From: Escherichia phage vB_EcoP_PAS59
Reading direction: 5' to 3' (one strand)
Length of the DNA: 64,000 nucleotides
Sequence record: OQ921332.1
Position 1 is the stretch's first letter; each line of letters starts with the position of its first letter. A model generated the notes under the pieces. That model saw nothing but the letters and a program-made list of their open reading frames with translations, searched no databases and was not told the DNA's origin. The translations under genes and the position numbers were made by a program. Shown piece after piece: positions 8,987 to 17,962 of the stretch.

Positions 8987-9291
8987 CAATTTCATCTTCA
9001 ACTCGCTGCAATCCTAATGTAGATATCCGTGCTCAAATGTCTAAGATGCCCGGTGTTACTCATTTAGAGTTCACCTACAGTCACTCGCGGTATGAACCGG
9101 GCTTTACTGTGGTAATAAAATCTCCGTGGTTAACAATGACATTGTTCTCGGATGAAGTTGAGAAGGCGGTGAATGGTATTAAGTCAGGCGGACTTAAACT
9201 TTTATCCACTGAACTGGCTGATGAGTTCATGCCTCTTATCCGTAAAGGTGTGGCTAAAATGAACAAAATGATGGAGGCTGCAAAGCAATGA
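8983..9291 (+). CDS. hypothetical protein
   Basis: ORF track; ATGA overlap. Confidence 0.45.
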   Translation: MTISSSTRCNPNVDIRAQMSKMPGVTHLEFTYSHSRYEPGFTVVIKSPWLTMTLFSDEVEKAVNGIKSGGLKLLSTELADEFMPLIRKGVAKMNKMMEAAKQ

Positions 9292-9542
9292 CAAACTTCC
9301 GAGCAGCAGTTATTACGAAAGTAATAGCAGTTGGTGATGTAATGATGCAAGTTCCTCTGAACACTCGTTACATTGCCATTGACCGAATGGGTTATGTGTG
9401 GGCTTGGAAGTGGAAGCCTACTTACAATGAACTGTTCGACGAATACCAGTGCGCTGGGCCTTACATGCCAACGTTGGTTGGTGTGTATGAAGACGGTCCT
9501 TGTCGTACTCCTCAGTTAATTGAACTACCGGCGTGTGCTTAG
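9288..9542 (+). CDS. hypothetical protein
   Basis: ORF track. Confidence 0.45.
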   Translation: MTNFRAAVITKVIAVGDVMMQVPLNTRYIAIDRMGYVWAWKWKPTYNELFDEYQCAGPYMPTLVGVYEDGPCRTPQLIELPACA

Positions 9543-9543
9543 T

Positions 9544-9708
9544 ATGATTAAATGGTTCAAGCGTCTTGTGCATCTGCATGATTGGGTAATCCTTGAAAAA
9601 TATACGCTGAAGATTACTGACGATCACGGTGGGACAAAGCACAAAGGTCTTCGCTATATTATGCAGTGTAAAGTGTGTGGTCATGTTACCAAGCGTGACA
9701 TGATCTAA
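9544..9708 (+). CDS. small zinc-ribbon-like protein (tandem paralog 1 of 3)
   Basis: MIKWFKRL...CKVCGH; internal ATG of ORF track 9520..9708. Confidence 0.45.
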   Translation: MIKWFKRLVHLHDWVILEKYTLKITDDHGGTKHKGLRYIMQCKVCGHVTKRDMI

Positions 9709-9717
9709 GGGATCATT

Positions 9718-9882
9718 ATGATTAAATGGTTCAAGCGTCTCTTTCATTTCCATGAGTGGGAAGATCTTTCTACTTATGAATTGACGATCACAAATAAACT
9801 TACTGACAGAGAGCGACAAGGGTTGCGTATCTACTCTCGCTGTAAAGTGTGTGGTCTGCACAAGAAAACAGATTTGATCTAA
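9718..9882 (+). CDS. small zinc-ribbon-like protein (tandem paralog 2 of 3)
   Basis: 54-aa ORF below the track cutoff; MIKWFKRL...CKVCGL. Confidence 0.4.
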   Translation: MIKWFKRLFHFHEWEDLSTYELTITNKLTDRERQGLRIYSRCKVCGLHKKTDLI

Positions 9883-9890
9883 GGGGTGTT

Positions 9891-10100
9891 ATGTTCTTTC
9901 GTAAGAAAAAGCCCGAAGATTCTGGATGTAAACATGAATGGGTGGTCACTGAAAACTTACATATCACTCACGCTAAAGACACTCCAGTAGAGAGAAAAGA
10001 ATCTCGTGTATCTCGCATCTGTAAACACTGTTTGAAAATAGAACAGCATAAAGTTCCCGGTCATATCGGTCATGATGTGGCCTTGCGTATTTTCAGTTAA
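9891..10100 (+). CDS. small zinc-ribbon-like protein (tandem paralog 3 of 3)
   Basis: internal ATG of ORF track 9849..10100; H.W ... ICKHC. Confidence 0.4.
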   Translation: MFFRKKKPEDSGCKHEWVVTENLHITHAKDTPVERKESRVSRICKHCLKIEQHKVPGHIGHDVALRIFS

Positions 10101-10109
10101 ACAAATCCA

Positions 10110-10185
10110 GCACCCTTAGCTCAATGGACAGAGCAGCGACCTTCTAAGTCGTTGGTTACAGGTTCGAATCCTGTAGGGTGCACCA
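10110..10185 (+). tRNA. tRNA-Arg (anticodon TCT)
   Basis: hand-folded cloverleaf: acceptor GCACCCT/AGGGTGC, D-arm GCTC..GAGC, anticodon loop CTTCTAA, T-arm ACAGG-TTCGAATC-CTGT, encoded CCA. Confidence 0.85.
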
Positions 10186-10203
10186 ATCAACGTAGGAGGG
10201 TTT

Positions 10204-10344
10204 ATGACCCCTGAGTTTAATGAGTGGTTCGATGATATCTTTACTTCTCCTTTGTTCAGCGAAGAAGAAAGAGAAGAACTTAAAACCTACCTATGGATGG
10301 CTTGGCGAGATAGCCGCCGTAAGGCGCTTCAGGAGGGATCATGA
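10204..10344 (+). CDS. small protein (46 aa), paralog of 11879..12010
   Basis: EWF...EELKTY.W.AWRDSRRK shared; below the track cutoff. Confidence 0.4.
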   Translation: MTPEFNEWFDDIFTSPLFSEEEREELKTYLWMAWRDSRRKALQEGS

Positions 10345-10667
10345 GCTGGGGTGGTGTAATTACCTTAACCTGTATCTTTATCGCCTGTGTAGCTCTTACA
10401 GGCTGTGTACAGCATCGTCCTGATGGGTGGTGTGCATTATCTGTAGAAGGTGTCTGTGTTTCCCGTTGGCATAGTGGGGAGAAGGTTCCTAGCGGTGAAA
10501 TTGATATGCGTTATGCTGGCGCTTCTTGTTCTAATGGCGGTGCTGTTGACGAGAAAGCTTATGCAAAACGTGACATGGAAACACAAGGTGATTGGTCACG
10601 ATACGACTTCATCTCCCGTGGTGTACAGTGTAGTGGCTCTGTGACAACAACAGGTAAGGAGTGGTGA
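10341..10667 (+). CDS. Cys-rich secreted protein or lipoprotein
   Basis: ORF track; signal peptide with LTGC lipobox-like site. Confidence 0.4.
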   Translation: MSWGGVITLTCIFIACVALTGCVQHRPDGWCALSVEGVCVSRWHSGEKVPSGEIDMRYAGASCSNGGAVDEKAYAKRDMETQGDWSRYDFISRGVQCSGSVTTTGKEW

Positions 10668-10668
10668 T

Positions 10669-10923
10669 ATGTCTAGTCATTATTCTGATACGAAAGCTTT
10701 ACTGGAAACAGCGGCTCAGACTTCATGCCAACAGCAAGTAAAAATGTTGTTGGTTGATATTCGTAATCTGCGTTGGCTTATCAAAGAAGGTCATATCGGA
10801 AACGCTGCCTATTACAACGTTAAAGATATCCTTCGCCGCCAGCACTTTCTTATCCACGGAAACGTGGTCACTCGCAACTATCAGTGGAATGGTCAATGGT
10901 TACAGCAGCGTATGTCCTCCTGA
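10669..10923 (+). CDS. hypothetical protein
   Basis: ORF track. Confidence 0.4.
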   Translation: MSSHYSDTKALLETAAQTSCQQQVKMLLVDIRNLRWLIKEGHIGNAAYYNVKDILRRQHFLIHGNVVTRNYQWNGQWLQQRMSS

Positions 10924-11150
10924 TTTATGTTATTGGTTGGTGGTTAGCAGCCATCGTAGTTAAGTGGTGCTTCAAAACCAATACATTCTATAACTTCTTC
11001 CACAACCCGTGGAGTGGTAAGCCTGATGAATATTCTATCTGGATAGTAATATTCTTCTGGCCTATTTTGTTATTATTCCTCTTACTCATCCCTTTCATGC
11101 TCCTGTTAGGGTGGGTGTTGGACAAGATGACAATCTTTATTATACATTGA
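10896..11150 (+). CDS. small membrane protein (paralog of 11622..11870)
   Basis: two hydrophobic helices; shared F.WPI motif; internal ATG of ORF track 10884..11150. Confidence 0.4.
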   Translation: MVTAAYVLLIYVIGWWLAAIVVKWCFKTNTFYNFFHNPWSGKPDEYSIWIVIFFWPILLLFLLLIPFMLLLGWVLDKMTIFIIH

Positions 11151-11248
11151 AAGAAAGGATTAATAAAACCCACTTCATCATGTATGGTCGTACTAGAAGT
11201 TATATCAAGTATGACTTTTGGAACTCTTACTACGGTTAGGATGTTATT

Positions 11249-11470
11249 ATGAAACTGAATTCTAAACAGTGCCTTAAAACTGTTGAACTATCCTCCCTCT
11301 CTAATGGGGATGTTTTTGGGCACGATAAACATTTCTGGATTAAAACAGATTTCTTAAATGACGGGTACATCACCTGCGTCAATCTTTGGAATGGTTCGGT
11401 AGATGGTTATCGCCCTAGTGCACAAGTGGTTCCTCAGCCTGATGCAAAGGTTGTAGGTTTAGTCTACTAA
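11249..11470 (+). CDS. small protein, GDxF paralog family
   Basis: ORF track; SNGDVFGHDKHFWIKTD. Confidence 0.45.
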   Translation: MKLNSKQCLKTVELSSLSNGDVFGHDKHFWIKTDFLNDGYITCVNLWNGSVDGYRPSAQVVPQPDAKVVGLVY

Positions 11471-11479
11471 GGAATTCAT

Positions 11480-11653
11480 ATGGCTTGCTATGGTGGTGGT
11501 GAAGTGTGTGACGATGATGACATGGAATCCAACGGAGAGTGCCCTGACTGTGGGTGTGAGACGTGGAATGGTGTGTCAGTATATCCTGCCTGTAGTTATT
11601 CACCAGTGATTTGTAAAACATGTGGAGATCAACCTTGTGATCAGTCCTGTTAG
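11480..11653 (+). CDS. small Cys-rich protein (57 aa)
   Basis: ATG behind AAGGA; CPDCGC and CKTCGDQPCDQSC clusters; below the track cutoff. Confidence 0.4.
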   Translation: MACYGGGEVCDDDDMESNGECPDCGCETWNGVSVYPACSYSPVICKTCGDQPCDQSC

Positions 11654-11870
11654 TGTGTTAATAGTCTACCTGATAGGTATTGTGTTAACCTCAGCTCTGA
11701 TAAAATTCCTTGATGTAAAAGGTAGTGTCGAGTTCAGAGGATGGGGTAACGAACCAAACCTATCAAAGATAGCAATTATAGTTTTTCTATGGCCCATTGT
11801 TGCTGTGATGTTTATATCCCTTTGCTTGTGGGCAGGGCTGTGGGGTTTCATTCTTCCTAAAAAGGAGTAG
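11622..11870 (+). CDS. small membrane protein (paralog of 10896..11150); start uncertain
   Basis: ORF track; F.WPI motif. Confidence 0.4.
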   Translation: MEINLVISPVSVLIVYLIGIVLTSALIKFLDVKGSVEFRGWGNEPNLSKIAIIVFLWPIVAVMFISLCLWAGLWGFILPKKE

Positions 11871-11878
11871 GGGTATTT

Positions 11879-12010
11879 ATGACTAAAGAATTTTTAGAGT
11901 GGTTTGGAAATACCTTCAAAGAATATCTATTCTCTCCAGAAGACTTTGAAGAGCTGAAAACCTACACTTGGTTGGCTTGGAGAGATAGCCGACGAAAAAT
12001 GAATAAGTAA
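11879..12010 (+). CDS. small protein (43 aa), paralog of 10204..10344
   Basis: ATG behind AAAGGAG; EWF...EELKTYTWLAWRDSRRK. Confidence 0.4.
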   Translation: MTKEFLEWFGNTFKEYLFSPEDFEELKTYTWLAWRDSRRKMNK

Positions 12011-12305
12011 TATCGTGAAGGACTCTTACGAGAGTCCTTTGAGATAGGACTTCAGATCTTCTATCAAACTAACTTTCACGTAACTAGCCCATAAGGGCGT
12101 TACCCTTCAATAACCCAGCCCACTAAGGGGGCGGGAGTTTAGTGCTGGAAAAGCATAACGCTTATCCTACAAAGGCAACCGATTGTTAGATCTTACATGC
12201 AATATTAATTAATAGGATATGGGAGGATTCGTCCCCTCCCCCTATTTATGAAAGCATTCTCCCGAGAGTTCTCTCATAAATTGGTCCATAACTAAAGGTG
12301 GTAAA

Positions 12306-12560
12306 ATGAAAGTTAACAAACCAGCCAGTAAGAACGCAATACCACTCAGCGCTCTGCGTCTTGGGGATTGCTTCATGTACCCTAACAGTGAAGATGGTGA
12401 TTTGTATATCTTACTGTCTACAGAGTTCTCCACTCGTTTGTGCATTAAGGGTGCGGACGAGCACAGACTTGTAGCCTGTCTTAACACAGGCCGAGCGACA
12501 GCTCCTCGTAAAGATGTTGCTGTTATTCCTATTAAAGCTGAAGCAACTATTAAGGAGTAA
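12306..12560 (+). CDS. small protein, GDxF paralog family
   Basis: ORF track; LRLGDCFMYP. Confidence 0.45.
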   Translation: MKVNKPASKNAIPLSALRLGDCFMYPNSEDGDLYILLSTEFSTRLCIKGADEHRLVACLNTGRATAPRKDVAVIPIKAEATIKE

Positions 12561-12563
12561 GCA

Positions 12564-12827
12564 ATGGCTCTGACCATTAACAAAACTCGTATTGCGGATA
12601 TTCCTCTAATGGTGGCAGGTGTTTCTATCGGTTCTTTCTTTACTTTGAAAGAAGATAAAGAACAAACCATTTACATGAAAGTGAACAAAAGCTCTAATGG
12701 TTGTGAATACCACCGAGCTGTGTCTGTGCAGAGTGGATACGTTCGTAATATGGCATCCAATATGCCAGTTGGTGTTGTGTTTGAATCAGCAACTCTGGAT
12801 TTAGTGGAGAAGATCAGTGAAACATAA
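12564..12827 (+). CDS. small protein (divergent GDxF-family member?)
   Basis: ORF track. Confidence 0.4.
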   Translation: MALTINKTRIADIPLMVAGVSIGSFFTLKEDKEQTIYMKVNKSSNGCEYHRAVSVQSGYVRNMASNMPVGVVFESATLDLVEKISET

Positions 12828-13074
12828 AGACCATCCAAAGTATGTATCGCTATTGGATGCAGCCCTTCTCTGCACGTACTGGCTCCTTATTGTTATTGGG
12901 GTTGTGCTAATGATATGTGGTGTCGTACAGTTCTTTATGTATCTGCAAAGCGTGTTAGATACCACATTAGCTAACACTATAATCCTTGCAATTCTCGGTG
13001 TTATTGCTTTCTGTGTGATTGTCTTCTTCGTTTGGTTATCTATGAACGACGACTCTACACACACCTTCTATTGA
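12817..13074 (+). CDS. small membrane protein
   Basis: ORF track; two hydrophobic helices. Confidence 0.35.
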   Translation: MKHKDHPKYVSLLDAALLCTYWLLIVIGVVLMICGVVQFFMYLQSVLDTTLANTIILAILGVIAFCVIVFFVWLSMNDDSTHTFY

Positions 13075-13273
13075 CAGGAGAAAATCAGTGAGAAAACGTG
13101 CCTACTCTGAAGAAGAAATGGTTAACTTGAAAGGCTTCGGTCAACGACAGCCTGACGGTTCAGTTATCTGGTACATTAACGGACAGAAAAAGGCAAGTAA
13201 ATAAGCCCTCTTCTCTCCTCCTTTTAACTACTATGACGCCTCTCTTTTCGGCGCTGTTTTGGAGCTTCAAAAA

Positions 13274-13687
13274 ATGGCTGGGAAATTCCCCAACGTAAGC
13301 AAGAAATTGGCTTACCTCACGTATAAAGAAAACATTGATCTTCTGGTCAAGCTTTATCCGGCTTCATTCAACAAGCAATTCCCTCTTCCTTTGGAGCTTA
13401 ACATCCATAAGGAAATAGCCCGTAAGACCGGTTGGTCAGCGGAGAAAACAAGCATGGTGCTCAACATCTGGACTACTCGTATGGAGTATGTGATGATGGC
13501 CTGTAGCACTGGTAAACGCTTCAAGCTGCACTCTGTAGCTATGAAGATTCGTAGCCCTATCGACCCTGAGCCGATGGCTGGGTTCAGTAGCCGTTTGAAA
13601 TCTTTCCGTGATCGTGGTCGTGTAGTGAAATTCAAGCATGACTTCTCTTACAAGTTTGGATACGAAGCGTTCCAATTTGTTGTTTAA
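13274..13687 (+). CDS. ProQ/FinO-domain RNA-binding protein (putative)
   Basis: internal ATG of ORF track 13259..13687; pattern YPASFNKQFPLPLELNIHKEIARKTGWSAEKTSMVLNIWTTRMEYV aligns with the E. coli ProQ N-terminal domain as recalled. Confidence 0.45.
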   Translation: MAGKFPNVSKKLAYLTYKENIDLLVKLYPASFNKQFPLPLELNIHKEIARKTGWSAEKTSMVLNIWTTRMEYVMMACSTGKRFKLHSVAMKIRSPIDPEPMAGFSSRLKSFRDRGRVVKFKHDFSYKFGYEAFQFVV

Positions 13688-13714
13688 TCTCTCTTTAAAA
13701 TAAGGTAATAAAAC

Positions 13715-13948
13715 ATGTCTAAAGTTAGCGCAATTGATGCCATCCGTCAGCCGTTCCAGTTCCAGTCTAAATCAACTCAGACCCACAGCGAACCTAAACA
13801 GATTCGTCTGGGCGGTACAGAGAAGACTGTATTTGATATTGCGAAAAACAAAAGCGTAACCATCGTCGAAGGCGGCGAACTGGTTAATGTTTCCCACCGT
13901 ATTCGCACTGGCAAGACTGCCAAAGATCGTGCTAAGAAAGGTTTGTAA
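13715..13948 (+). CDS. hypothetical small protein
   Basis: ORF track; translation-initiation region AAGGTAATAAAnATGTCTAAAGT repeated at 34410. Confidence 0.45.
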   Translation: MSKVSAIDAIRQPFQFQSKSTQTHSEPKQIRLGGTEKTVFDIAKNKSVTIVEGGELVNVSHRIRTGKTAKDRAKKGL

Positions 13949-14199
13949 TGCAAATTTCCAATAAAACACCTCCTGAGCCTACTGTTCAAGTAAAAGATAT
14001 GACACCGGGAGATGTGTTTCGTTCGGTTGAATATCCGGGGGAATTCTTTATCCGAACCCCTTCTGCCTCTGTTGATGGTGTCACTAAGCCGGTAACAGCA
14101 GTTCAGTTGAGCACAGGTCATCTCTTCCGTTTAGAGCTTGACATGGCAGCTATTCCTGTTCCGACAGCAATCCTCCGCTTCGACGGAGACACAGAGTAA
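13948..14199 (+). CDS. small protein, GDxF paralog family
   Basis: ORF track; PGDVFR ... IPVP. Confidence 0.5.
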   Translation: MQISNKTPPEPTVQVKDMTPGDVFRSVEYPGEFFIRTPSASVDGVTKPVTAVQLSTGHLFRLELDMAAIPVPTAILRFDGDTE

Positions 14200-14200
14200 C

Positions 14201-14340
14201 ATCTATAGCCCTCGTGAGTATCAGAGGGCTATGTGAGCTATTCTGGCTCAACTAACCTAATCTTAATTTAATCTTACCCGTATGGGGCCGATGCTAGGGA
14301 GAGGAACAATCCTCAAACATCCGTCGGATAGAATATTTTA
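14201..14340 (+). repeat. conserved intergenic element, copy 2 (hairpin 14206-14231)
   Basis: near-identical to 8207-8340. Confidence 0.55.
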
Positions 14341-14604
14341 AGAGCAGGTTATCCACAGATATTGGGTGATATCTATTTAATTGGCCTTAAAGCTTGGCTC
14401 TCTTAGGAGAGTCCTTTTTTAAGTTCAAAGAAGAGGTTGTATGGATAATAAGTTGAAAGCTAAATTCTTATTGGCAGCAATCTTTATTTGCTTAGCCACT
14501 GTAGGGTTTGTCAGGATGTACTCTTTTGCATCTTGTGAATTAAGCAAGAATGATAGAGGGTCTTACAACTGGCTAACCAATCAATGTGACAAACAGGAGA
14601 AGTT

Positions 14605-14967
14605 ATGAACCTACGCCCCATTAAAGGCCATGTGAACCTGTCTACGCTTCATAAAGTAGCAAATGATTTAGGTGGTATGGATGAGAATGATTTGGAGCAG
14701 AATTTGCTCTGGATTGCTAATGGCATCAAGGCGGCAAAGGCCAAAATGGCTCGTGCACAAGGTAAACTAAAAGCGAATAAATATCTTATTCGTCGTCGTA
14801 ATGTCTTGCCTCAGGATGTGGTGAGTTTAGCTTTATCGGGATATAAAGCGGCAGAGTTAGAACTTCAGGAAGCTGAATTTGAAAAGATGCGCTTCCAAGA
14901 GAACTATCGAAACTTCCGTAGTATTGACTACATTCGCAAATCTCTGGGCCTTCTGGTATCAGAGTAA
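14605..14967 (+). CDS. hypothetical protein
   Basis: ORF track. Confidence 0.5.
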   Translation: MNLRPIKGHVNLSTLHKVANDLGGMDENDLEQNLLWIANGIKAAKAKMARAQGKLKANKYLIRRRNVLPQDVVSLALSGYKAAELELQEAEFEKMRFQENYRNFRSIDYIRKSLGLLVSE

Positions 14968-14977
14968 AGAGGTAAAA

Positions 14978-16195
14978 ATGTTCCCTGTAACACTTCAAAG
15001 CTGGAAAGAATCAGAAGACGTTGTAACTGTTTGGCCTCCTTGTTATGGTTTCCTGAAAGCAGGTTACTATCAGGGTGGTGATTATGATGAAGATGAAGAT
15101 GGTTATCCTGACTACTACAACGCATATGACAGCAATTTTGGCTGGAATATCCGTATTAAGGTGTGGAGTGAGGGTATGATGGTTCGTCAAGGCACTGCTG
15201 AAGAGAATGTTCTCGAAAACATGATGCCTATGTCCGAAATCAAGTACATCTGGAACTCTGGTACACACCTTCCCGCTTATGGTGTAAAACGTTATGGCGA
15301 TAAAGAGCCTATTACCACTCAGTATTTCCGCGAAGGGTTGGAGAATGGAGACCCTCGTCCTCCGTCTCATGTAGAAACATGGGCAGAAGAAAACAACCGT
15401 CCTGATATTACTGATCGCGCTGTAATGGAAACCTTTGAAGCATTCATGGATAAAGACCTCGATTCATGTCTGGTGTGGCATGAAGCAGGATTCATGGGTG
15501 TTTGTACTGATGGTTGTCCTGCTGATCGCGCTCTGTTCTATCTGATGCTGAATCGCACATTCTATACAGATGATGAAAAATCTGCTGTGTATGAAATGTT
15601 GAACAAGATGTATAAGAAGGGCTGGTCTCCTTTAGCCTCTCTTGCATTCAGCCGACTGATCAACTCTTCAGTGGATGTGTTCGGTAACGAACGTGTTGCT
15701 TTAACAGGGAATGATTACGATTCCTGTATCTTCCAAGCATCTCTGTATACAGTGGGTGTTGGCAGTACAATGGTTGAACCTCGCCAGACCAAGTGGCGAC
15801 AGTGTGAATACACCGAAGGTGAAGGGCATCTTCGTGATGAAGACTTCCCCAGTCTGCTCTACCGTAGTGAAGGTGTGCGAGACTGTCGAGTGAATAACTC
15901 AATGTTCTTACCAATCCTTCTTCCTCAGTATTGCAATCTGCCGAATGGTGAACGTCCGGTCATCACAGAGAAGTCACTCTTGGTTGAATTTATCCGAGAA
16001 GTAGCTGAATCTGAAACATCTTTTGATAAAATTGTGTTCGGTTATAACTGGAACAATGAAACAGCTTCAGCTCGAAGCTACAACACGTATAACATTATCA
16101 GTAGTATGTCCAATGGACTGACAGGTAGTAATTATACAGTACGTCCCTCAGAAGAGTGGGAAAACATTTTGGAAAAATTATTCTTCAATAAATAG
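14978..16195 (+). CDS. large acidic Trp/Tyr-rich protein of unknown function (first gene of the amide-ligase block)
   Basis: ORF track 14879..16195; ATG 14978 behind AAGAGG. Confidence 0.55.
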   Translation: MFPVTLQSWKESEDVVTVWPPCYGFLKAGYYQGGDYDEDEDGYPDYYNAYDSNFGWNIRIKVWSEGMMVRQGTAEENVLENMMPMSEIKYIWNSGTHLPAYGVKRYGDKEPITTQYFREGLENGDPRPPSHVETWAEENNRPDITDRAVMETFEAFMDKDLDSCLVWHEAGFMGVCTDGCPADRALFYLMLNRTFYTDDEKSAVYEMLNKMYKKGWSPLASLAFSRLINSSVDVFGNERVALTGNDYDSCIFQASLYTVGVGSTMVEPRQTKWRQCEYTEGEGHLRDEDFPSLLYRSEGVRDCRVNNSMFLPILLPQYCNLPNGERPVITEKSLLVEFIREVAESETSFDKIVFGYNWNNETASARSYNTYNIISSMSNGLTGSNYTVRPSEEWENILEKLFFNK

Positions 16196-16203
16196 AGGCG
16201 AAT

Positions 16204-17154
16204 ATGTCAATCTCCGCATCGATTGCTCCGGTAACACCGGCAGAGGATTTCGGTGAGTCAGTGTTTAAAGGAAGGGCTTGCTTTGGTACTTTTAACTGTA
16301 TGCACATGTACTCTGTTACAGACATTAATGGCGACAGTCTTAGACAAACAAACCTTCGTGATAGAACTTCAGAAATTGAAGTTATTAACTTCTGGCCTCA
16401 CAATTTTTATGGCGTACCGTCTAAAGATATCGAAAGAGCTTTAGTTGAAGCAACAGACATTTTTAACTCAATGTCTTGCTATAAAGATATGTTCTCTGTC
16501 ACTTCGGTGAACTCTATTGCCGTGAACCTTCGAAACCATCCAGCAGACAAGGTGTTTACTGGACTAATGACCATCCGTAGCTATTTGGATGGTGATTTTA
16601 ATGGAATGGAGTTCCTTCAGGAAGGCGTACAAGACAAGGAAGAGTTGCTTAAGCGACAACGAATCGGTTTAGCTCTACGCCTAGCTGGTTTAAGTCGTAA
16701 CTTCTTTGGTCGCTGGTGTTATAGTAATGACGTAGACTCAACTGATGAGTCAGCAGCGACTTATTTTGATGGTGACATGAGTGCAATTGCATTTCTGCCA
16801 CTAATTTGCACCACTGATGAATTTTCTGAAAACGTATGGGTTCAGAATGTGTTCGGTGTTGATGATAACCGAGATGGTTATGTACGAAACCATAATGATG
16901 GAGTTCTCCGTCGTATGGCACGTCGTCGTGACCAAGACCCTGACCATTATGAGAGTATGAGTGAGTGGTTGCGTCTCTGGTCAACTTGTGCAGGTCACAA
17001 GCGAGAAGTATTAGATCAGCGTATGGACAGAATTACTGTTCGCAGTTTTATTGAACGTCTGATGCAAGCAGTACCTTCCTCAATGACACCAGAAGAAGCT
17101 GGTGCCCGTGTTGTTTCCCTTTTTGATGAACTCGTGGAGTATTACAATGACTAA
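16204..17154 (+). CDS. protein of unknown function
   Basis: ORF track; stop overlaps next start. Confidence 0.55.
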   Translation: MSISASIAPVTPAEDFGESVFKGRACFGTFNCMHMYSVTDINGDSLRQTNLRDRTSEIEVINFWPHNFYGVPSKDIERALVEATDIFNSMSCYKDMFSVTSVNSIAVNLRNHPADKVFTGLMTIRSYLDGDFNGMEFLQEGVQDKEELLKRQRIGLALRLAGLSRNFFGRWCYSNDVDSTDESAATYFDGDMSAIAFLPLICTTDEFSENVWVQNVFGVDDNRDGYVRNHNDGVLRRMARRRDQDPDHYESMSEWLRLWSTCAGHKREVLDQRMDRITVRSFIERLMQAVPSSMTPEEAGARVVSLFDELVEYYND

Positions 17155-17953
17155 GCGCGCTTTCCTTATTGGCTCTGACCCTGAAATGTTTGTTCGTACT
17201 GCTTCCGGTATTATCACCTCTGTGGCTGGTAAGCTGGGCTGTTCTAAAGATAATAAAATTGATCTGGCTCCTGATGTTCGTCTTCAAGAAGACAACGTTC
17301 TGGCTGAATTCGATATTAACCCACAGAAAGGGTTTGAAGCGTTTGATGATAATATTCAGCGTGGTATTGATCTGACTAACAAAGTTCTCAATGAACGTGG
17401 CATGGAGGCAGCACTTGGGATTAGCTCTCATGTGTTCACTTCAGAAGAACTTGAATCATTCCACCCGTCAGCTTTTGTATTTGGCTGTACTCCTGATTTC
17501 AATGCCTTCACTGGACAAAAGAACCCTTCACCAGTCGCAACCGATAAGGGTTTGCGTACTGCTGGGGGTCATGTGCACCTTGGTGTCTCCGGGACTTTAG
17601 AGATTACTCGACAAACTCAAATGATGTTGGGTGTGTTATGTGATTACTTCCTGTCCTTGCCAGCTGTGATCATGGATAAAGACACTCGTCGTAAAGAGTT
17701 GTACGGAAAGGCTTCTGCCATTCGCTACAAAGATTACGGTATTGAATATCGTTCTCTTTCTAACTTCTGGATTGGTGATAAGTCCACTCGCAAGTTTGTT
17801 TACGAGCAAGTGGATAAGGTTGTTCAGGGTTGTGATATGGAAGTGTTGATGTCACTTCACTCTCGCCTTCCAATTGAAAAGCTTCATAACATCATCAACA
17901 GCAACGATGTTAAAGAAGCGGATAAATTCTCCTCTAAACTCCAGATTGTATAA
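17147..17953 (+). CDS. glutamine-synthetase/GCS-like carboxylate-amine ligase (amidoligase), putative
   Basis: internal ATG of ORF track 17102..17953; motifs GSDPEMF, GGHVHLG, GIEYRSL in the order of the E..E / H.H / E.R motifs of YbdK-type ligases. Confidence 0.4.
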   Translation: MTKRAFLIGSDPEMFVRTASGIITSVAGKLGCSKDNKIDLAPDVRLQEDNVLAEFDINPQKGFEAFDDNIQRGIDLTNKVLNERGMEAALGISSHVFTSEELESFHPSAFVFGCTPDFNAFTGQKNPSPVATDKGLRTAGGHVHLGVSGTLEITRQTQMMLGVLCDYFLSLPAVIMDKDTRRKELYGKASAIRYKDYGIEYRSLSNFWIGDKSTRKFVYEQVDKVVQGCDMEVLMSLHSRLPIEKLHNIINSNDVKEADKFSSKLQIV

Positions 17954-17962
17954 GGTGATATT

